NCBI GenBank assembly: GCA_963664405.1
Contig: OY761158.1
Coordinates: 64,001 to 128,000 of the forward strand
From: Thermoanaerobaculia bacterium
GTDB taxonomy: Bacteria > Acidobacteriota > Thermoanaerobaculia > Multivoradales > Multivoraceae
Direction of reading: 5' to 3'
DNA length: 64,000 nucleotides
The notes under the pieces were generated by a model that saw only the letters and a program-made list of their open reading frames with translations, made no database searches and was not told the DNA's origin. Every line of letters begins with the position of its first letter. Positions within the stretch are counted from its first letter, which is position 1. This document shows positions 57,444 to 64,000 of the stretch, one piece after another. Position numbers and translations under genes: made by a program.

Positions 57444-57677
57444 ATGGAGAATCACGACGAGATAAGGAATGAGCTCATTCAGACAGATCTGGAGTTCCGT
57501 CGCCTATACCAGGAGCACCAGAACCGAGAGCGACGTTTGGATGAGCTCACGCGGCACCCCATGGCTTCGCCGGAAGCCGAGCTGACACTCAAGACCATCA
57601 AGATCCAAAAGTTGAGACTCAAGGATCAGATGGAGGAGAAAATACAACACCAGCTCCACCGGGCGCCTTCAGCCTGA
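57444..57677 (+). CDS. DUF465/YdcH-family small coiled-coil protein
   Basis: EFRRLYQEH...LK..KLRLKDQM pattern; RBS GAGGAG. Confidence 0.85.
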   Translation: MENHDEIRNELIQTDLEFRRLYQEHQNRERRLDELTRHPMASPEAELTLKTIKIQKLRLKDQMEEKIQHQLHRAPSA

Positions 57678-57711
57678 GTCGGTAGACCTCGCAGGTACTT
57701 CCGGATTCAAG

Positions 57712-58482
57712 ATGTCCAAAGAGGCCCAGTCAAAAAGGACCCGAAGAGGGAGCCGGGGAGCCTACCTCCTGCCGAGTTTGTTCACGATCGGCAATATGTT
57801 CCTCGGCTTCTACGCCATTGTTCTCGGCCTTCGTCAACAGTTCGAGTGGTCGGCGCTGGTGATTTTCCTGGCCGGGATCCTCGACGGTCTCGACGGCCGC
57901 ATCGCGCGCATGACCGCCACCGAGAGCGACTTCGGAAGGGAATATGACTCACTCGCAGATCTGATTACCTTCGGCATGGCCCCGGCGCTGCTCGCGTATC
58001 TCTGGGGACTCGACGAGCTCGGTCGCATCGGTTGGCTCACCTCAGCCTTCTTCATGGTCTCGGCCGCGACTCGTCTAGCCCGATTCAACGTTCAGACCCG
58101 GCGCTCGGACGCCCTCGACTTCGTCGGCCTGCCGGCACCGGCGGCGGCAGGAGCGCTGGCCTCGGTCCTCTTCATCGCACCTCAGAACGATTGGAAAAAC
58201 TGGCTCAACGCACTCCTGGTACTTATCCTGATCACCTTGGCGTTACTCATGGTCTCGAGCCTTCGCTACCCCAGCTTCAAGAGGCTCGAGCTCAAGAAGG
58301 CCCGCTCGTACAGGATCGTGCTCCCCATCGCAGGCGTTCTCATCGTTGCCGCCTATCACCCCCCCGCCTTCTTCGTCAGCGTGGCCGCGCTCTACACGGC
58401 TGTCGGCCCCTTCTGGGCCCTGCGAGCCAAGGCGTCAAAGCCCGCTCGCCCCGCCCGCCAAGACGAGCAACCTGAGACATGA
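57712..58482 (+). CDS. pssA: CDP-diacylglycerol--serine O-phosphatidyltransferase
   Basis: LLPSLFT.GN, DGLDGRIAR...SDFG.EYDSLADLITFG.AP, RLARFN and F.GLP.PAAA motifs. Confidence 0.92.
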   Translation: MSKEAQSKRTRRGSRGAYLLPSLFTIGNMFLGFYAIVLGLRQQFEWSALVIFLAGILDGLDGRIARMTATESDFGREYDSLADLITFGMAPALLAYLWGLDELGRIGWLTSAFFMVSAATRLARFNVQTRRSDALDFVGLPAPAAAGALASVLFIAPQNDWKNWLNALLVLILITLALLMVSSLRYPSFKRLELKKARSYRIVLPIAGVLIVAAYHPPAFFVSVAALYTAVGPFWALRAKASKPARPARQDEQPET

Positions 58483-59432
58483 CGCGGCTGGCCATCGTCG
58501 AGCCCAGCTCCCTTCTGGGTAGAGAGCTTCGGGATCAGTTGGACGCTCGCCGCGAGATCTGGCAAGAGCTCAAGCTGTTGACCTCCCGAGAGGACTCAGT
58601 AGGCAACCTCTCCGAGGTCAGCGAGCAGGCGGCGATGGTCCAAAGGCTCGACAAGGAGAGCCTTGACGATCTCGACCTGATCTTTCTCTGTGGACCTAGT
58701 GAACAAGAGCTCGACTTCCTCGCCACGATCCCCCCCCGCCTCAGGGCTGTGGTCGTTGCGCCCACTGCACCGGTCCCCTCGGGACGTACCGCGGTGGCGG
58801 GATGGAAGCCCGAACAGCTGGAGGGAGAGCAGCTGGTGGTGAGCCCTCATCCGGCGGTTGTGGCTCTGGCGCACACACTTCTGCCACTAGAGGGCCTGGG
58901 GCTCGAAGAAGTAGTCGCAACGGTGCTTCGCCCGGTCTCGATGTTCGAGCAGGACGCACTCGACGAGATGCTCGAGCAGACCCGCGCTCTGTTAGAGTTT
59001 CGCAATCCCGAGCCGGGTAAGTACTTCGACCAGCAAATGGCCTTCAATCTCCTACCGGGCCCCGATGAGGGAGAGTTGGTCGCGGAGCAGCTGCGCGCTC
59101 TCTTCTCGTCTCCACCTCGGATCGGGATCACAACCCTCCAGGCCTCCGTTTTTCATGGGCTCTCGGTCAGCATCTTCTGCAGACTCGATCCCGATACCTC
59201 GGTGGAAACAGTCAGGGAGCTTCTAGAAGAACAGCCCCATCTCGAATTTGGCGACGGCTCACTCGACGTCGGGCCAATCGCCGCCACCGCCCTCGACAAA
59301 GTGCTTGTAGGAGAGGTCAAGCCGGCGGCGCAGGTGCCCGGCGGGGTCTGGATCTGGGCGGTACTCGATAACCTGACTCGCGGCTCGGCCTCGAACGCCG
59401 TCGAGATTGCCGGAGCCATGCTCAGCGGCTGA
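58479..59432 (+). CDS. Aspartate-semialdehyde dehydrogenase-like (Usg-like) protein with degenerate active site
   Basis: Q.AFNLLP and W.V.DNL.RG.A.NAV.IA match Asd. The GxxGxxG motif, catalytic Cys and catalytic His are not conserved. Confidence 0.8.
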   Translation: MTRLAIVEPSSLLGRELRDQLDARREIWQELKLLTSREDSVGNLSEVSEQAAMVQRLDKESLDDLDLIFLCGPSEQELDFLATIPPRLRAVVVAPTAPVPSGRTAVAGWKPEQLEGEQLVVSPHPAVVALAHTLLPLEGLGLEEVVATVLRPVSMFEQDALDEMLEQTRALLEFRNPEPGKYFDQQMAFNLLPGPDEGELVAEQLRALFSSPPRIGITTLQASVFHGLSVSIFCRLDPDTSVETVRELLEEQPHLEFGDGSLDVGPIAATALDKVLVGEVKPAAQVPGGVWIWAVLDNLTRGSASNAVEIAGAMLSG

Positions 59433-59457
59433 GATTCGGCGACCGCCCCATGGGGCG

Positions 59458-59961
59458 CTAGGTGGCCGAGCCGGCGGAGCTGCGGCGCGACAGGTAGTCC
59501 TCGACGTAGATGAGGCCATCCTCTCCGGCGCGCCGGACGACGGCGAGAAGGGCGTCCATCTTGTTCACTTCTTCAAGCTGCTCAGTGACGAAATAGTCCA
59601 GGAAGCGAAGTGCGACATGGTTGGATTCCGCCGAGGCGACCTCCACCAGATCGTTGATCTGGCCGGTAACGTCGATCTCCCACGCCAGCGACAGACTGAC
59701 GCACTCCTCGGTCGAGGCGAAATCGCTCTGGGGAGACGGCAGAGCGGGAATGCGCACCCTACCGCCGACATCTACGACGAAGCGAACAAAGCGCATCGCA
59801 TGGTCACGCTCCTCGTCCGCCTGACCGTAGAACACCTGCGCCAGCTCGGGGAGGTTCTCTGCCGAGAGGTGACTGGCGATCGCGATGTACTGTAGGGATG
59901 CGGCCAGCTCTTTGCCGATCTGATCGTTCAGGGCGGCGATCATCTTCTCGCTTGCGAACAT
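59458..59961 (-). CDS. ftn: Non-heme ferritin
   Basis: LN.QI.KEL.AS..Y, QADEERDHAM, E..VT.QIN.L and FL.YFV.EQ.EE motifs. Confidence 0.9.
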   Translation of the reverse strand: MFASEKMIAALNDQIGKELAASLQYIAIASHLSAENLPELAQVFYGQADEERDHAMRFVRFVVDVGGRVRIPALPSPQSDFASTEECVSLSLAWEIDVTGQINDLVEVASAESNHVALRFLDYFVTEQLEEVNKMDALLAVVRRAGEDGLIYVEDYLSRRSSAGSAT

Positions 59962-60089
59962 GGTCTTCTCCTAGTGAGGCGGGCCTGGCCGACGACGATA
60001 CTGTTTTGAGCACCCACTGACAAGAGATCCGGGCCGCCGGCCAGGATATATACTCGCCAACCCGCAAACCTCTCGAAACCTCAAGAGCG

Positions 60090-61043
60090 ATGAACGAAAA
60101 CAACGACACGCCGCGCAAAGTCCTGATCCTCGGCTCCGGTCCCGCGGGCCTCACCGCCGCCCTCTACGCCGCCCGGGCCGACCTTTCTCCTCTCATCCTC
60201 GAGGGATCCCAGCCCGGAGGTCAACTGACGATCACCACCGACGTCGAGAACTACCCGGGCTTCACCGACGGCATCATGGGACCGGAGCTAATCGACAAGA
60301 TGCGCCTTCAGGCGCAGCGCTTCGGCGCCGAAGTTCGCTTCGAGACTGTGGTCGAAGTCGACTTCTCCAGTCGGCCTTTCAAAGTACGGACGGACCGTGA
60401 TGTCGCCTACGCCAGCGAGACGCTGATCATCTCGACCGGCGCAACGGCGAAGCAGATCGGCCTGGAGTCCGAGCAGCACTTGATGGGCTACGGCGTCTCA
60501 GCCTGCGCTACCTGCGATGGATTCTTTTTTCGTGACAAAGAGCTGGTGGTCGTCGGAGGTGGCGATACCGCCATCGAAGAGGCTCTCTTCCTCACCAAGT
60601 TCGCGACCAAGGTAACGATTGTTCACCGGCGCGACGAGTTGCGCGCGTCGAAGATCATGCAAGAGCGTGCCTTTGCCAACGACAAAATCGAATTCGCCTG
60701 GAACAGCGAGGTTCGTGAGGTTCTCGGTACGCGGGAGAGTGGTGTCGAAGGGGTAATTCTGTCGGATGTAGCCAGCGGGGAAGAGCGCACATTTCCTTGC
60801 AACGGCTTCTTTGTCGCCATCGGCCACCGGCCGAACACGGAGCTCTTCGATGGCAAGCTAGAAACCGACGATGTTGGCTACCTTCGGGTCAAACACCCCT
60901 CCACAAAGACGAATATCGAAGGTGTCTTCGCTGCCGGCGACGTCATGGACCCGGTCTACCGCCAGGCGGTCACCGCCGCCGGAACGGGCTGCCAGGCTGC
61001 CATCGACGCCGAGAGATGGCTAGAGGCGCACCAAGAAGAATAG
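60090..61043 (+). CDS. trxB: Thioredoxin reductase
   Basis: GSGPAG, GGQLTITTDVENYPG, CATCDG, GGGDTA.EEA and AAGDV...YRQA.TAAG.G motifs. Confidence 0.97.
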   Translation: MNENNDTPRKVLILGSGPAGLTAALYAARADLSPLILEGSQPGGQLTITTDVENYPGFTDGIMGPELIDKMRLQAQRFGAEVRFETVVEVDFSSRPFKVRTDRDVAYASETLIISTGATAKQIGLESEQHLMGYGVSACATCDGFFFRDKELVVVGGGDTAIEEALFLTKFATKVTIVHRRDELRASKIMQERAFANDKIEFAWNSEVREVLGTRESGVEGVILSDVASGEERTFPCNGFFVAIGHRPNTELFDGKLETDDVGYLRVKHPSTKTNIEGVFAAGDVMDPVYRQAVTAAGTGCQAAIDAERWLEAHQEE

Positions 61044-61124
61044 AAGATGGCCCGCCCGTTCAGGGCGCACCTCGCCGCCTGCTCGTCGCTCAGCTCCCCT
61101 CAGACGTCACGAATACGAGCTGAT

Positions 61125-62591
61125 CTAGGGAGGGGCTTCTCCGATGACTCGCTTGACGAGGCTCCCCTTCGCCAACGGCTCCTCAGCTCGGACGTGGTTG
61201 AGAAGAGCGAGCTTCTCGGCCGATATCGGCGACTTGTAGCTCCTCGTCATCTCGGTCGGCGTCATCGCCCTGTCGAGTCGAAAGATGTCGAGGCGGAGGG
61301 GCTCTACTGCCAGCACCCGACGATCCTTGAGTCGACCGAAACTAGCGATCGCTTTCTCGACGGCGGCGCGATGCTTCTGAAAGTCAGCGGAGGCACCGAA
61401 ACCCAGGAGGCGTAGAACGCGACCGTCCAATTCGACGAAAGCGGCCAAGCCGGCGAGCTGATTGCCGTTCATCTCGGCAGTGAAAAAGGCAGTGGCCGCC
61501 TTGAAGCCACCTATGTCGCGCCGCCACTCTTGCCCTCTCACGATCTCAGCGCGCTCGAAGAAGCCGTCAGCGCCGGCCTTGGCGGACTGCCCTTCCCCCA
61601 TACTGAGCAGGATGACCGCACCTCCGTCGGCACTCTGCGACACCAGTTGCTGGCGCTGGTCGACAGACTGCCACCCCTCAGGAAAGGTCAGCCGAAAGCG
61701 CATCTGAGGGTGCTGGTACAGAGCGCCCCGAAAGTACCCCTGTCGCGGATCGGTCCCATACATCATGCCATCCAGCATCCGCAGATATTCTTCACGACGC
61801 ACCGCGAGGCCCTCGAGCGAGCTCTCCTCCGCGGCGAGTCGCGCCCGAATTCGCTCTTGTCGCCGTTCCGGCTCGGGATGGGTCCGAAGCCAGGACGGGA
61901 TGTCTCCTCCCCCCGCTTCTTCGCTCACACGATCCAAGACACCAAAAACCTCCACCAGCGAGCTGGGATCGTAGCCGGCCCGAATCGAGTAGCGATAGCC
62001 GAGCTCGTCGGCTTGGATCTCGTCGTCGCGGCCGTATTTGAGGAACAGAAGGCCGAGCCCGCTCTGGGCGGCATTGGCGACCGAAGCGAGCTCGGGCGAT
62101 ACGGCGGCGGTCACTCCGACACCGACCTGAGCGAGTATTCCCTTACTCATCTGACTGGCACCGTGACGAGCGGTTACGTGTCCGACCTCGTGACCGAGCA
62201 CGCCGACGAGCTCGGCTTCAGAGCCGAGGTGCGCGAGGATGCCCCGAGTCACATAGAGAAAGCCACCAGGAAGAGCGAACGCGTTGACCACGGGGTCGTC
62301 AACGACCTTAAAGCTCCAGGGTAGATGGGCGCGCTCGGAGACCGACGAGAGTTTGGCGCCCAGCTCCTGAACGTAAGTCTGTAGTTCTTCGCTGCCATAG
62401 AGCCCCAGCTGAGCGACAATGCTCGCATCCGACTCGCGGCCCATCGCAATCTCCTGCCCTTCGCTGACGAGACTGAACTGGCGCTTGCCGGTCGCCGGGT
62501 TGAGACTGCAGGAGTAAAGGGCGCCAACCGCTACCAGCAAAGGCGCTAGCCGACGGTATCGGCGCAAGAAGACCTTTGGAGTCATGCTCAT
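61125..62591 (-). CDS. M48-family zinc metalloprotease lipoprotein
   Basis: Lipobox LYSC, NPATG, NAFALPGG, HEVGH, E.QAD.LG and THP motifs. Start 62591 or 62585. Confidence 0.9.
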   Translation of the reverse strand: MSMTPKVFLRRYRRLAPLLVAVGALYSCSLNPATGKRQFSLVSEGQEIAMGRESDASIVAQLGLYGSEELQTYVQELGAKLSSVSERAHLPWSFKVVDDPVVNAFALPGGFLYVTRGILAHLGSEAELVGVLGHEVGHVTARHGASQMSKGILAQVGVGVTAAVSPELASVANAAQSGLGLLFLKYGRDDEIQADELGYRYSIRAGYDPSSLVEVFGVLDRVSEEAGGGDIPSWLRTHPEPERRQERIRARLAAEESSLEGLAVRREEYLRMLDGMMYGTDPRQGYFRGALYQHPQMRFRLTFPEGWQSVDQRQQLVSQSADGGAVILLSMGEGQSAKAGADGFFERAEIVRGQEWRRDIGGFKAATAFFTAEMNGNQLAGLAAFVELDGRVLRLLGFGASADFQKHRAAVEKAIASFGRLKDRRVLAVEPLRLDIFRLDRAMTPTEMTRSYKSPISAEKLALLNHVRAEEPLAKGSLVKRVIGEAPP

Positions 62592-62791
62592 ATCAGGGCA
62601 GCCAGCCATCATCTCCTCCTCTGTTCGTGCTGAAATTGTAGCCCCTCGACGCGATGCGCACACCCCCAGGGCGCACACCCTGCGTTAGTGAGCGCAGTCC
62701 AGGGCGCACCCGAATCCCGGCAAATGGATCGGCATCGACGTCGCAGGATCGGTAACATGGCGACGCCGGCTTAGCGCAGCCGCCTGCAACC

Positions 62792-62958
62792 CTAGTGTCC
62801 TGTATCAGAAGTTCGTCACACAACTCGCTGGCCCTTTTGCGTGCTGCCGTCGTTGCTCCTCCTCGCAATATTGCCCAATATACCTTCGTCGTAGCGCCTT
62901 GGCAGCACCCAAAATGACTGCGCGATTTATGCAACGAACCACTGATACAGGACACTAG
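62792..62958 (-). mobile_element. Palindromic MITE-like element, copy D (167 bp, TIR type 2)
   Basis: CTAGTGTCCTGTATCAG...CTGATACAGGACACTAG; near-identical to B and C. Confidence 0.9.
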
Positions 62959-63008
62959 TTCCAAAGGCGAACGGATCCCAGGAAATCGACCATGCGGGGA
63001 GATCGCGA

Positions 63009-64000
<992 letters not shown>

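Overview
High-GC bacterial core-chromosome window. Gene content and order suggest Acidobacteriota, possibly Thermoanaerobaculia (inference). It is mostly housekeeping: yraN (partial), cysS, def, acpS, lspA, rluD, ald, hemE, rluB-scpB-scpA, recG, ldcA, uvrBC, PBP1A, rpsF-rpsR-rplI, a K+-dependent membrane pyrophosphatase, pth-rplY-prs, spoVG, HU, dtd, ssb, mutS, tsaB, pssA, ferritin, trxB and a partial TRAP solute-binding protein. RNA genes are tRNA-Gly(CCC), tRNA-Gln(TTG) and RNase P RNA. One complete ISAzo13-family IS has terminal IRs, a TTA duplication, an A8 frameshift site and a hairpin that can hide its start codon. The most striking unexplained structure is a family of five 166-180 bp CTAG/CTGG-bounded palindromic elements plus one collapsed 29 bp remnant. 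They share a covarying, strand-asymmetric (G.U-rich) hairpin core but carry three different sets of terminal inverted repeats, and several sit on stop codons or in a gene 3' end. Other oddities: an intact sensor kinase coupled to a degenerate FHA/AAA+ enhancer-binding protein with no receiver domain, an Asd pseudoenzyme, a palindromic bidirectional leaderless promoter (mutS/tsaB), paired CCTAAR-N17-CTTAGG sites before HU, and a LolB-position lipoprotein with no canonical start codon next to a missing ispE. No CRISPR array, rRNA or prophage was seen. All calls are by eye, with no database searches.
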